Shown piece by piece: positions 1 to 12,721 of a DNA stretch of 64,000 nt (positions are counted from its first letter, which is position 1; each line of letters opens with the position of its first letter). The notes under the pieces were generated by a model that had not been told where the DNA came from, ran no database searches, and saw nothing but the letters and a program-made list of their open reading frames with translations. The stretch comes from Octopus vulgaris (lineage: Eukaryota). The position numbers were made by a program, and so were the translations under genes. The DNA lies in NCBI GenBank assembly GCA_951406725.2, contig OX597829.1, positions 43,400,001-43,464,000 on the forward strand. Reading direction: 5' to 3'.

Positions 1-89
1 CGCTATTGTAGCGACAACACGAATTTCTTCCATCCTCTTACTTTGTTAAAATATTTAAGATGAATTATATCAATGTGTCCTACTTCTTA

Positions 90-459
90 GTGGAGGCGCA
101 ATGGCCCAGTGGTTAGGGCAGCGGACTCGCGGTCATAGGATCGCGGTTTCGATTCCCAGACCGGGCGTTGTGAGTGTTTATTGAACGAAAACACCTAAAA
201 GCTCCACGAGGCTCCGGCAGGGGTGGTGGTGATCCCTGCTGTACTCATTCACCACAACTTTCTCTCACTCTTACTTCCTGTTTCTGTTGTACCTGTATTT
301 CAAGGGGCCGGCCTTGTCACTCTCTGTGTCACGCTGAATATCCCCGAGAACTACGTTAAGGGTGCACGTGTCTGTGGAGTGCTCAGCCACTTACACGTTA
401 ATTTCACGAGCAGGCTGTTCCGTTGATTCGGATCAACCGGAACCCTCATCGTCGTAACC
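90..459 (+). mobile_element. tRNA-derived SINE, apparently full length, with 11-bp target-site duplication
   Basis: tRNA-like head with A box (TGGCCCAGTGG) and B-box-like GTTTCGATTCC. Identical CCTACTTCTTA flanks at 79-89 and 460-470. Confidence 0.85.
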
Positions 460-544
460 CCTACTTCTTAAAAAGTTCTATATTTTGAGCAGCTGAAAAG
501 CAATCTAAGCTGATTGTTGATAACTATCTAAGCTGGAGTTCCCA

Positions 545-1154
545 TGTAAATAGCAAGGTTGACTTGGACCGCAAGATGTGCTCCTGGATTCTGAGAACTT
601 TCCGGTCTCGAGATACCTACACCATCATCCATCCCTACTCTACTTTTGCCCGACCCCACCTTGAATACTGTTTGCCCATACGAAGAAACTCATTATGAAA
701 GTAGAAGCATTCCAGAGGTCAATAACAAGAAAGATAGACGGCATGAGAGGCATTGATTATTGGGATCAACTGAAAAAAACTCAATCTCTACTCTCTCCAA
801 CGCCGCCGGAAGCGCTTGTGTTGGCATCAATTTTAAAACCCATCCCAAACTTGGCCCCCTTGCTATCCGCCCACTATAAAATCAATCTCGGTACTCATAG
901 CAACATTACATCACAATTACTTTACCTCAGCCAATCCAGCTCTCTTTCATGCCATACCAAAATATGTCCAAACGGAAACGGATTCCATGAAATTCAAATG
1001 TTCACTAGACAAATTTTCTTCAAAAAATCCCGGACCAACCTCCTACACTCGGATATGCCTCCAACAATAATAACCCTTTGCTAGAGTGGGCCATGGTGCC
1101 CCATATATGACTAAAAGACATCACTAGGTGGTGCTATTAAATTAGACATGGCCT
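545..1154 (+). mobile_element. Decayed CR1/L2-type LINE, ORF2 C-terminal region and 3' end
   Basis: Translates to CSWILRTFRSRD...YSTFARPHLEYC, then VEAFQRSITRKIDGMRGIDYWDQLKK and, after a frameshift, LNLYSLQRRR. These match the RPHLEY and L.L.SL..RR motifs of CR1/L2-clade ORF2. Boundaries approximate. Confidence 0.75.
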
Positions 1155-1159
1155 ATATA

Positions 1160-1547
1160 TATAACGAGGCCCTAGCTGCCAGCGGATTTAGGTACCACTG
1201 CACCACATCTCCTAAATGTCGGAATCCAACAACCGCAGAAGGAAGCGCCGCAAAAAATACCATTTGGTCCCCCACTCCTCTCTTTATACAAAAACTCCCG
1301 TAGGTAGCATATTCCTTAATTTAATGGAGACGCATTTCACTAGCTCACATAGGCACGCGCCCTATTTCAACAGGCACAACGTTAGGTTCTCTTTAGCCGT
1401 GCCCCCAATATTAAAAAAGCATCCTAGTGAGCGCCCCTAGGCCAACGGAGGAGGCAGTATGTTCATGCAGGAATAGCAACAGATACCCGGTGGTGGTGGC
1501 GGCGGATGCCATTGCGAAACGAAAGGGTCGTCTATGAAACCGAAGTA
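1160..1547 (+). mobile_element. Penelope-like element fragment (RT thumb/linker to start of GIY-YIG)
   Basis: YNEALAASGF...RRKRRK...KTPVGSIFLNLMETHFTSSHRHAPYFNRHNVRFS...CSCRN...VVYETEV resembles the PLE linker pattern Y..AL..SGY / KT.IG..FL.L...HF...H.....FNR..V..SY / CNCR / VVY. Frameshifted. Confidence 0.7.
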
Positions 1548-1753
1548 CTAAGAAACCCTGGCAATACCACTGGTAGAAGCAGTAGCAACCGTAGATAAGG
1601 GAACAGAACACGCAACGCCACGACCATCCCGACGGTTAACAACATTATCAACAACAACATCACCATCAGGAGCAGCATTACTAACAGCTTCCCCTAATGC
1701 TAGTAATAGCAGACCTGACAATCCCTGTAGCAGCAACAACAGGTCCAGTACCA

Positions 1754-2168
1754 CCTATTTCTTTACTACCCATAAGGAGCTAAACACAGAGAGGACAAAC
1801 AAGGACAGACAAATGAATTAAGTCGATTATATCCACCCCTGTGCGGATCTGGTACTTATTTAATCGACCCCCGAAAGGATGAAAGGTAAAGTCGACCTCG
1901 GCAGAATTTGAACTCAGAACGTAGCGGCAGACGAAATACCTATTCCTTTATTACCCACAAGGGGCTAAACACAGAGGGGACAAACAAGGACAGAAGAACG
2001 GATTAAGTCGAATTTATCTAATACTTAATTATACTTAATTTATCGACCCCGAAATGATGAAAGGCAAAGTCGACCTCGGCGGAATTCGAACTCACAACGT
2101 AATGCAGACGTAATACCGCTAAGCATTTCTTTCGCCCGGCGTGCTAACGGTTCTGCCAGCTCGCCGCC
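1754..2168 (-). mobile_element. Two tandem copies of SINE family B (tRNA head; central GCCTTTCATCCTTTCGGGGTCGATAAA domain)
   Basis: 1754-1940 and 1941-2168 are homologous direct copies. The reverse complement starts GGCGGCGAGCTGGCAGAA and contains B-box-like GTTCGAATTCC. The central domain resembles the MetaSINE/Sauria-type domain (recalled, not aligned). Confidence 0.8.
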
Positions 2169-2340
2169 TTTCCATGTTTTTAGTATCAACAGTTAAAAAG
2201 GAAAGCTCTTCTACGATCATACGCTCTCCCTCACACTCTCTTCCGCTTTTCTTCTTATATACATGTGCATATGTTACATATGCATACATGCACACGAACA
2301 CACACACACATACACACATACAGACACATAAATATATATA

Positions 2341-2556
2341 CTCTCTTTTTACTCTTTTACTTGTTTCAGTCATTTGCCAGCAGCCATGCTGGAGCACGGC
2401 CTTTAGTCGAGCAAATCGACCCCAGGACTTATTCTTTGTAAGCCTAGTATTTATTCTATCGGTCTTTTTGCCGAACCGCTAAGTTACGGGGACGTAAACA
2501 CACCAGCATCGGTTGTCAAGCAATGTTAGTGGGGGACAAACACAGACAGACAGACA

Positions 2557-2596
<40 letters not shown>

Positions 2597-2726
2597 TATA
2601 TACGACGGTCTTCTTTCGGTTTCCGTCTTCCAAATCCACTGGAATTTGAACTCAGAACGTAGCGACAGACGATATACCGCTAAGCATTTCGCCCGGCGTG
2701 CTGACGTTTCTGCCAGCTCGCCGCCT
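2341..2726 (-). mobile_element. Chimeric SINE: family B head (2641-2726) joined to family A body and tail (2341-2640)
   Basis: The sequence switches from family A ...CAAATCCACT directly into family B GGAATTTGAACTCAGAACGT...CTCGCCGCC. Confidence 0.7.
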
Positions 2727-2929
2727 ATATTTTTATATTCTTACCAAATAAATATAGGCACTATATATATTCATTCTACACGCATTTATTATTATTATTA
2801 TTTTATCCTATGTCTATTGACTTAAATTCTTCGTCACACATCTGTGACCTCTTCAGCGACTCTTCCAACCACATATTTCATCTTTTTCTTTCTTAGTCCA
2901 TTCTGTCTCTCTATGCTTTTACGTCTCTA

Positions 2930-2983
<54 letters not shown>

Positions 2984-3520
2984 CGTGTGTGTGTGAGTGT
3001 ATGCATGTTTGGGTGTATGTGTGTGTTTGTGTGTGTGTGAGTGTGTATTTTTGAGTGTGTGAGTGCGTACGCGTGTCTATATATTCTGCATGTGTGTTTT
3101 GTCTGTGTATATCAGTTTAATTACTATATTATTTGTATCCGTAGACTTTATATAGTTTTTTTTCATTTATTTACTTATTTATCTCTATTTCTTATATTCT
3201 ATCATAAGTATGTGCATGTGGCTGTGTGCGTATACTTGGGTTTATGCATTATACTGTTTGTAAATACGTCGTTGTTTTTTTTTTTTTCTTGTTTCCTTCT
3301 GTCTTTAGTCGTCGTGTTGTGTGATGTGGTGCTGTTATTGTTCCATTCATGTTTTCCATTGAAGCTTGATCTGTCTATAACCATGTGTGTGGCCTCGGTA
3401 ATCTGTCGAAGTGTCGTGTCTGCTCTATGCTTTGATAACACTTTAACCTTTATGTTATCAACTGAGCCTCTGTGTTCTAATTGAGCATGTTGTTAGAGCA
3501 GTGACAAGCTTTTCTCTCCT
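2727..3520 (-). mobile_element. Penelope-like element 3' remnant: GIY-YIG C-terminus plus terminal region with hammerhead-like motif
   Basis: Minus strand 3520-3343 reads SLL*QHAQLEHRGSVDNIKVKVLSKHRADTTLRQITEATHMVIDRSSFNGKHEW (PLE endonuclease end, H....H...R...EA..I.....N.K.EW). Downstream lies CTGAAGA-G-GTCACA-GATG-TGTGAC-GAA at 2856-2830. Confidence 0.6.
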
Positions 3521-3789
3521 TTGAGCTCCAGTCAGTGATCGCCAAGCCGCTCCCCTCTGCTACTTGCTGTGCCCTCAATTTAAGTAGTTGTCTTTTTTCT
3601 GCACCATCCCTCAGTACATTATAAGCTATAGACTACCGTGGTTCATTTTACAAACTATACACTTGTCCTCCGTGCATGGTGACTTATCAAAAGGTTAAGC
3701 TCTACGAATCAGGGATTTTTTGAGTGTTCATATCCTTTCTACTGCTTTAATCCGTAGATTTACTTTATCTAATGCTTTTCTAAAAAAAT

Positions 3790-4830
3790 ATGCTAGTTTG
3801 CCGCCAGGGTAGCACCAACGAACATGAGACTTTGGTATTTTTTGTTGTCATACATGAGTCGACCGTACCTATCTTTTTCCTATGCTGTTCCAGGATTTTC
3901 TCCTGTATAGCGGGTAGATCCCATTTGCAGCATTCACCTGTTCCATCCCTCTCTAGAGGTCTTCTTGGCCATTGCGGTAATGTTGGAGTCTACCTTTCAC
4001 TGGTAGAAACAATTAAGGTTGTATTAATCTAAGTACTCCTCACATGTAAGTCTAAGGAGGAGGCACAGTTCTTCTGTGTCAACGCTACGAAATTCCACGT
4101 CGCTCTCGCTGATCATCACACATTTCCTCATTTTTCCACAGCGAAATCAACGTCAGTGGATAAGTACAAAGATATTACATCTACACTGCCTATTTTGCAT
4201 CCCGTCAGGTCGCAGGCATGGTTGCATTCATTACTTCTGCTGAGGAGGTCCTCTGTGCTGTCACAAAAATCCGGGGACATTTTGTCTCGAAGGTGTATGA
4301 TCATAGAGAGGAAGTAGGAGAGTAGGTAGCTGCTGGCAACGTTGGCTCAGCAGACCGGTTTCATTCGTGGTCCTGTCACCATGTTAGTAGGCGCTTTATG
4401 GTCCCAGTGGAGCCCATAAAGCGATGGGCCTAGAATTTATTGATCGTGCTCTTCTTTACCCATAGGATGTTTGAAATCATCATGTGAACATTGAGGATCT
4501 GTTCTCTCTCGTACTATTGTACCGTTGCTTCCCTCATATTGATGATGTGGAGTTGCATGCCCTGGGTTTGGCAGGCTGTCTATCGACATTGCACGGATTT
4601 GTCCGTGGGTAAGCACACAACTCCCCACCCCTTTTTTGTGCGTTGTATGAGTTTGCAGGCCACTTGCAAGTTTATTATCGAGTTGCTTTGCCTCTCTCCT
4701 ACTCAGTCTTCTCTCCAAATCTGTCTAAGTTTTCTACTAGCTATGGTGAATCGTCCTTCTGTTTCGTCGTTTGTCTGTTGTAAAATTCCAACCCTTTCGT
4801 TGAAAGATAGGGTTGTCGGATAAAGGTGAC
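3790..4830 (-). mobile_element. Possible highly decayed LINE 5' region
   Basis: Non-microsatellite sequence of higher GC with only scattered hints (ANGI/IQE-like endonuclease start, Cys/His clusters). No intact frame. Confidence 0.25.
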
Positions 4831-4926
4831 TCCTATCGCACGACTGATCACATGGATTGAAAACTAGGTTGTGAATGGGGTTAGTGTAATTTATACATGC
4901 ATTACTGTTCTATATTTATATGCTAC

Positions 4927-5185
4927 GGGCATATGGCGTAGTGGTTATGTGCGCAGGCTACTAACCCCAAGATTTCGAGTTCGATTCCAAGCAGTAACCT
5001 GAACACTAACAACAACAATAATAATAATGATAATAATAATATTAAAAAATACATTAGGAATAAGAACCCAGGTTCGAAATTTCCTCAAGGCATCTGAAGA
5101 AGGCTGGAGGGTATATCAACCAAAACGTTGTGTTAACAAAAAGATGAGGACAAATATTCGTCGAATGTAAATAATGTAAATAATT
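4927..5185 (+). mobile_element. tRNA-headed SINE-like element with hammerhead-like 3' region
   Basis: A box TGGCGTAGTGG at 4934-4944, B box GTTCGATTCC at 4979-4988, an (AAT)n spacer, then CTGAAGA-A-GGCTG...CAACC-AAAACGTT at 5094-5129. Confidence 0.65.
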
Positions 5186-5417
5186 TTTTCTGTCCGATGA
5201 TTCTTCTGGTTACTATCTCTTTGGTTGTCTCTATTGTTGTTGTTGTTGGTGGTATTTCTATGTGTATTGTTGCTGTCAGTAATTTTGGTGTAGGCTTGCA
5301 TGTTTTCATCGTTGCTTTCGTTGTTATCGTTGTCGTCATTACTATTCCTACTATTATCATTATTCTTTAAGATACGGTTGTTGTTATTGCTATTATTATC
5401 ATTATTATTGTTGTTGC

Positions 5418-5456
<39 letters not shown>

Positions 5457-5474
5457 CATTATTATTGTTGTTGC

Positions 5475-5530
<56 letters not shown>

Positions 5531-5820
5531 CTACTATCATTATACTCATCAGTCTTGATAGCATTCGCTTTCTCATTATTGTGTCGTTATTACCAAAGAG
5601 AACGAGGATATACGTGAACGGAAGAGGCGCTAAAGAGGTCACAGATGTGTGGTGAAAAATTTCCGGACATGGGACATAAGATAAAATAAGAACAATAATA
5701 AACAAATGAAGAGGGAATATATTATAGTGCGTTTGTTTATTTGGTAAGATTAGAAAAAAATCTGTTTCTAGAAACCGTTTCACATCAGGTATCTTGCAAA
5801 ACGAATTCATAAACGTCTGT

Positions 5821-5861
<41 letters not shown>

Positions 5862-5879
5862 ACACACACACAAATACTT

Positions 5880-6050
5880 TTCAGTCGAACACATTGAGGA
5901 CAGGTCTTATTCTTTGTCAGCCTAGTACTTAATCTAGTGGACTATATTGCCGAACCGCTAAGTTTAGGGGGCGTGAACGCACTAACACCGGTTGTAAAGT
6001 GTGGGCGGGTGGGGGTGGGGGTGGGCAAACACAAACACAATAACACACAG

Positions 6051-6103
<53 letters not shown>

Positions 6104-6258
6104 CGATGGGATTCTGTCAGTTTTCGTCTACGAAATCTACTCCCAATAATTTGGTCGGCCCCAGAGGTTATAGTAGAAGACATACGGCCAAGGTGCCACG
6201 CAGTGGGACTGAACCCGGAACCATGACGTTGAGAAGCAAGCTTTTTACAACACAGCCA
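5880..6258 (-). mobile_element. SINE family A copy
   Basis: Homologous to the full copy at 20280-20693, including the internal CA/TA tract. Confidence 0.8.
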
Positions 6259-6618
6259 TAAATGTATATATATATATATATATAATGAATGTGTGTATCA
6301 ATAATAACAAAAAGAACAACAGCAACAACAACAATAAACAAATCATATATATATATATATATACACACATACATATTCATACATACATGCACACACATAT
6401 ATACACATGCAAACATGTGGTGCTGAAGACAGACAGTCTCATATATGGAATTTAAAACGGCCAAATTGCTCTCAGTTGTTACTAATTACCTAATTAGCTG
6501 TCTTGGCTTAATTAAATGGTCTGAGTGAAACCAACTTTTGATCTGGATATTGTTGTTACTGCTGTTCTGGTTTTTGTTACTATTAGTATTATTATTAACA
6601 CACACACAAACAAACAAA

Positions 6619-6705
<87 letters not shown>

Positions 6706-7068
6706 ACAAACCATACAAACACAAATATATGCATATATCTGCGTTACTATATATATATATACATATTTATGTAGGTGAGTGTGTGTGTGTGTGTTCATGT
6801 GGGTATGTGTGCGTGTTTGTGAGTGTGTATGCGTGTGAATGTGTGTGTTCGACACCCAGTAATTTATGAGGGCTTAACATTATAAAACCCAATGTAACTT
6901 GTATAGATAGTCTATATATACTTATAATATGCATACACACACACATATATATATTTATATAAATATACATATGCATATACGAGTATATGCGTAAACAACC
7001 ACATATATATATGCGTATATATACATATGCACATACATGCATATAAATATATATATATACACACATAT

Positions 7069-7113
<45 letters not shown>

Positions 7114-7302
7114 AATACATATATATATATATATATACATATGCATATATATGCATAAACCTATATATACATACATATCCATATCCATATATATATCCAT
7201 ATTCATATGTATGTTTATATGTGTATATGTATATGTGTATGTATATATGTGTATGTATACATATGTATGTATGTAACTATGTATTTATGTGTGTGTGTAT
7301 GC

Positions 7303-7333
<31 letters not shown>

Positions 7334-8045
7334 CATCCATGTATGTATGTAAATCCACTGATGTTACCAGTTTGTACAAAGTACAGAATGTTTAGAAATG
7401 AGAATTATACCTTTTAGGTATTTGTTTGCGAATCAATGAGGTGTGATATTTCGCAAATGTGATCTGGTGGGATTTATCATAGTTTATTGTATAAGAAGGA
7501 TGAAAATTTTAAAAAATCACTTATTTCGAAATAGGTACACCCAATAAAAAAAAACACTGTACGCAAGCACTCACTTACTCACTCACACACAAACACACAC
7601 ACACACACGCACGTACGTATATAAATGTGGACAGAAACAACTTCTAGTTCCACTCACACCTTCATCTGAGAAAAAAAACCAAACTATTTATCTTCTGTGT
7701 GCGAAGATATTATAGTAGGATATCGCTGTTTATAGTGTATAGAAAGTAAGGTCCCAAGCTAAACTGGGCTCTCTAATTTATATAACTGCATTTAAGGATT
7801 ATAGTCATTAATAGATTGATTCTTCCAAGTCGCGTTCACCCCATATTATCTATAAAGGCATTCGCCAGGAGCACGCTCTGACCGTGTGAGGGTGCATGAA
7901 TATATATTTGGTGGGTGATGTGGGGGGGGGGATAATTATCCCCCTCCCATCAAAAGCCACCTGTACTCATTTTTTAAAATATATAATACTGTACCAAGAA
8001 CTTTCTTTTTATTATTCTACTATATATATATATATGTGTGTGTGT

Positions 8046-8127
<82 letters not shown>

Positions 8128-8970
8128 ATAAATATGTCAGTATAAATGCATATATTCTTACGTATGTACATAATATAAGTATATACTTGTGCATGTGTAC
8201 AAGTAAATACACACACATGCACACATTCACGTACACACATATACATGGATATATATATGTACACGTATATATATATATGTATATGTAAATGTATGTATGT
8301 ATAGATATGTGTGTCTATATGCATATTTGTATTAAAGAAAAGGTAGAAATAATGGTCCTTAGATATTTCGTCATTGTAGTTACTTCGACTTACCGCTGTT
8401 TCCGATAATCATTATCGGTTCGTTCATAGATCGGTTTACTCAGTCGGCCCATTGATCCGCTGTGAGTGAAGATTGTTTGTGTCTGACAATGATAGCAATA
8501 GTTCTTTACGATTGTATTGTTTTTCTCAGTTGATGAATGGACTTCTGGAGTAGCCAGTCAGTGAACGAACCTGTGCTAATTATCGGAAACAAATGCAAGT
8601 GGAATTTACAACAATAAAGTAATATGTACTACAATACAGAAATAGGCAATGACTATTTTTTTTACCTCGTCTTGCATATCACTCTGTGTAAAAGACCTTT
8701 TAACTAGGAATACATCCATGTTTACAAAATAGAGTGGGTGATGGACTAGAACCTCAGAGCCTGCCAGAAGAATACACAGAGATTTTTACCAATTTAAATA
8801 TCTATGTGTGTTTAAATATATATATATATATGTTTTACTCATTATCTTTTATTAAACTTTTAATACTTTTGATATATATCTAACATAATATAAATTAATT
8901 AATTTTATGTATTGGCTTAGGTTTTTCATTGTTTGATTTGCCTAATAGTGGTTTTATCTCTAATTTAATA

Positions 8971-9052
<82 letters not shown>

Positions 9053-9105
9053 GCATATCTATCTATCTATCTATCTATATCTATAAAAGAGAAACATATC
9101 TATAC

Positions 9106-9448
9106 GAAACAAGTTAAAAATAGTGGTCTTTACATATTATTCCTTTTTGGGAGCAGACTTGGCTTACATGTGTTTCCAGTAGTCGCTACAAGTACAGTAC
9201 TGATAGGTTTACTAAATTGATTTATTCATCAGTTGAGAAACATTGAACGACCGAAAAAAAAAATTAATGCTACTTACGAAAGTAGCATTAATTGTTTTAG
9301 GTCTTTCAATTTTTCTCAACTGATCAATAGCCCGATTGAGTAAAGTTATAAGTAATGAACGTATAACGACTACTGGAAACAACTGTAAGTCAGATTTTTG
9401 CTCCAATAAACGAATAATATTTAATGACCACTATTTTAAACTTGTTTC
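9106..9448. repeat. Long imperfect palindrome (about 170-bp arms)
   Basis: 9106-9275 is the diverged reverse complement of 9279-9448. Centre is ATTAATGCTACTT-ACGA-AAGTAGCATTAAT. Confidence 0.8.
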
Positions 9449-9621
9449 TTATATATCACTCTGTAAAAACCAGTTTGTCTGGAGCCCCTCCACGGATTTA
9501 CGATATGGAATTGTGATGGACCCTAACCTCGGAACCTACCAAAAGATAAATTGGAGTTCTTCACTAAACTAAGTAATATTGCTACCCTGTTGAGCCAACA
9601 GAGCGCTTATGAAGTATATAT

Positions 9622-9699
<78 letters not shown>

Positions 9700-9709
9700 A
9701 TATATATAT

Positions 9710-10060
<351 letters not shown>

Positions 10061-10070
10061 GGGTACCACA

Positions 10071-10113
<43 letters not shown>

Positions 10114-10115
<2 letters not shown>

Positions 10116-11459
10116 CAGTGTGGTACCCTAAAGAAATTGGAATTTTGCAATATTATTTCATTAGCTTAGCTTAGCATGTTTACACTTTCACTGCCTTCGA
10201 AATATTCTCCATTTGAAACACTGCCTCGATCCAGGCAAGTTTTCCACTGTCTGAAGCAGTGCCAGAATTCTTCCGAAGTGATGTCCTTTAACGCCTCCGT
10301 CGTTTTTTTTTTCTTCACCTTTTCCACCCACATCTGCAAATTTCGCAGCACCAGCTTTCGTCACCAGTGGTGACCTTCGAAATGAGGTCCGGATCAACTT
10401 CCAAACTCTTCATTCAGTTCACGATACGTTCATTCAGTCGTGACTGCTTTTGATCTTCCGTTGAGCAAGCGAGGCACAAATTTTGATGCAATTCTTTTCA
10501 TTTTTCAATTCCTCGTTCAAAATCCAGGAAAACACCAGTCCGACCAGCAAGGTGGACAATTTTTCGGTGACGGTCCTCCAAAGACCTGTTTATGAATTTT
10601 TATGTTGTTTCCATTCGTTGAGGAGGTCATCGGTCGTCCTGAACGAGGTTGTGACCATTCCTAAAGCATGGAAAACATTTCTAAATTGACCATTCCTAAA
10701 GCATGGAAAACATTTCTAAATTGACCATTCCTAAAGCATGGAAAACATTTCTAAATTGACCATTCCTAAAGCATGGAAAACATTTCTAAATTGACCATTC
10801 CTAAAGCATGGAAAACATTTCTAAATTGACCATTCCTAAAGCATGGAAAACATTTCTAAATTGACCATTCCTAAAGCATGGAAAACATTTCTAAATTGAC
10901 CATTCCTAAAGCATGGAAAACATTTCTAAATTGACCATTCCTAAAGCATGGAAAACATTTCTAAATTGACCATTCCTAAAGCATGGAAAACATTTCTAAA
11001 TTGACCATTCCTAAAGCATGGAAAACATTTCTAAATTGACCATTCCTAAAGCATGGAAAACATTTCTAAATTGACCATTCCTAAAGCATGGAAAGCATGG
11101 AAAGCATTTCTAAATTGACCATTCCTAAAGCATGGAAACCACTCGTAAACTTGTGTTTTGCTTATGGCAACATCCCTGTAAGCTGTTTGAAGCATGACAA
11201 CTGTTTTGGTCGCTGTTTTCCCAGCAGAAAACAGAATTTCCTGCTCCTTTGTTTCAGCTGTCGCAAAAATCGATGAACACGAGAGAAGCAATGCAAAACA
11301 AAGATGCGTCACGTGGCAGTACGACCTTATCTGACAACGCCAATTGGTTGACTGATACCTAAGGGGTCACTTCAAATGGCTTCTAGCAACGGAAGCCTGA
11401 GCAACAACGGGTTTGTCCCACAGGGAATGTTTCCGGTTATTTTTGAGCACCCCGTCGTA
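10114..11459 (-). mobile_element. Decayed, internally deleted mariner (Tc1/mariner) transposon
   Basis: Minus-strand N-terminus GKTATKTVVMLQTAYRDVAISKTQVYEWF..FRNG and C-terminus TTEALKDITSEEFWHCFRQWKTCLDRGSVSNGEYFEG are typical of mariner transposases. TA-flanked ends with weak terminal inverted similarity. Confidence 0.85.
10651..11138. repeat. 35-bp minisatellite, about 14 copies, inside the mariner
   Basis: Unit TTGACCATTCCTAAAGCATGGAAAACATTTCTAAA repeated head to tail with no spacers. Confidence 0.95.
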
Positions 11460-11471
11460 TATATATATATA

Positions 11472-11624
11472 TATATACATACGAGAGGGATGACCACTAT
11501 GTGGACAACCCTTATGCTAGAAATAGATCCGCTATGGTCTTACCACTGAGCGGTAAGACTATAGCGAATCTACTTCTAGCATAAGGGTTGTCCACATAGT
11601 GGTCATCCCTCTCGTATGTATATA
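11472..11624. repeat. Near-perfect palindrome (76-bp arms, 4 mismatches)
   Basis: 11472-11547 is the reverse complement of 11549-11624. Confidence 0.92.
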
Positions 11625-11722
11625 ATACAATTTTACTGAACCTTCAGATTTCTATATGCTAGACCACTGGTGTGAAATTGATGTTAATTAAATTAATATC
11701 AAATTTCTCACCCTCATTTTAA

Positions 11723-12368
<646 letters not shown>

Positions 12369-12376
12369 TATATATT

Positions 12377-12604
12377 CTTTTATTCGTTTATTCTTTCAGT
12401 AATTTGACTGCGGTCATGCTGAAGTACCGCCTGTAGTCGAAGAAATCGACCCCAGGACTTATTCTTTGTAAGCCTAATACATATTCTACTGGTCTCTTTT
12501 GCCGAACCACTAAGTTACGGGGACATAAACACACCAGCATCGGTTGTCAAGCGAAGGTAGGTGTCTATAACACAGACATAAAAACATATACATACATATA
12601 TGTA

Positions 12605-12671
<67 letters not shown>

Positions 12672-12688
12672 ATATATACATATGTATG

Positions 12689-12721
<33 letters not shown>

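Noticed and set aside
92-170. tRNA genes at 92-170, 4927-5000 and 62645-62720
   Set aside because: A and B boxes are present, but no convincing cloverleaf could be seen and each continues into SINE body sequence.
10651-11138. CRISPR-like array of 35-bp repeats
   Set aside because: The units are contiguous with no spacers, lie inside a eukaryotic mariner, and have no cas genes nearby.
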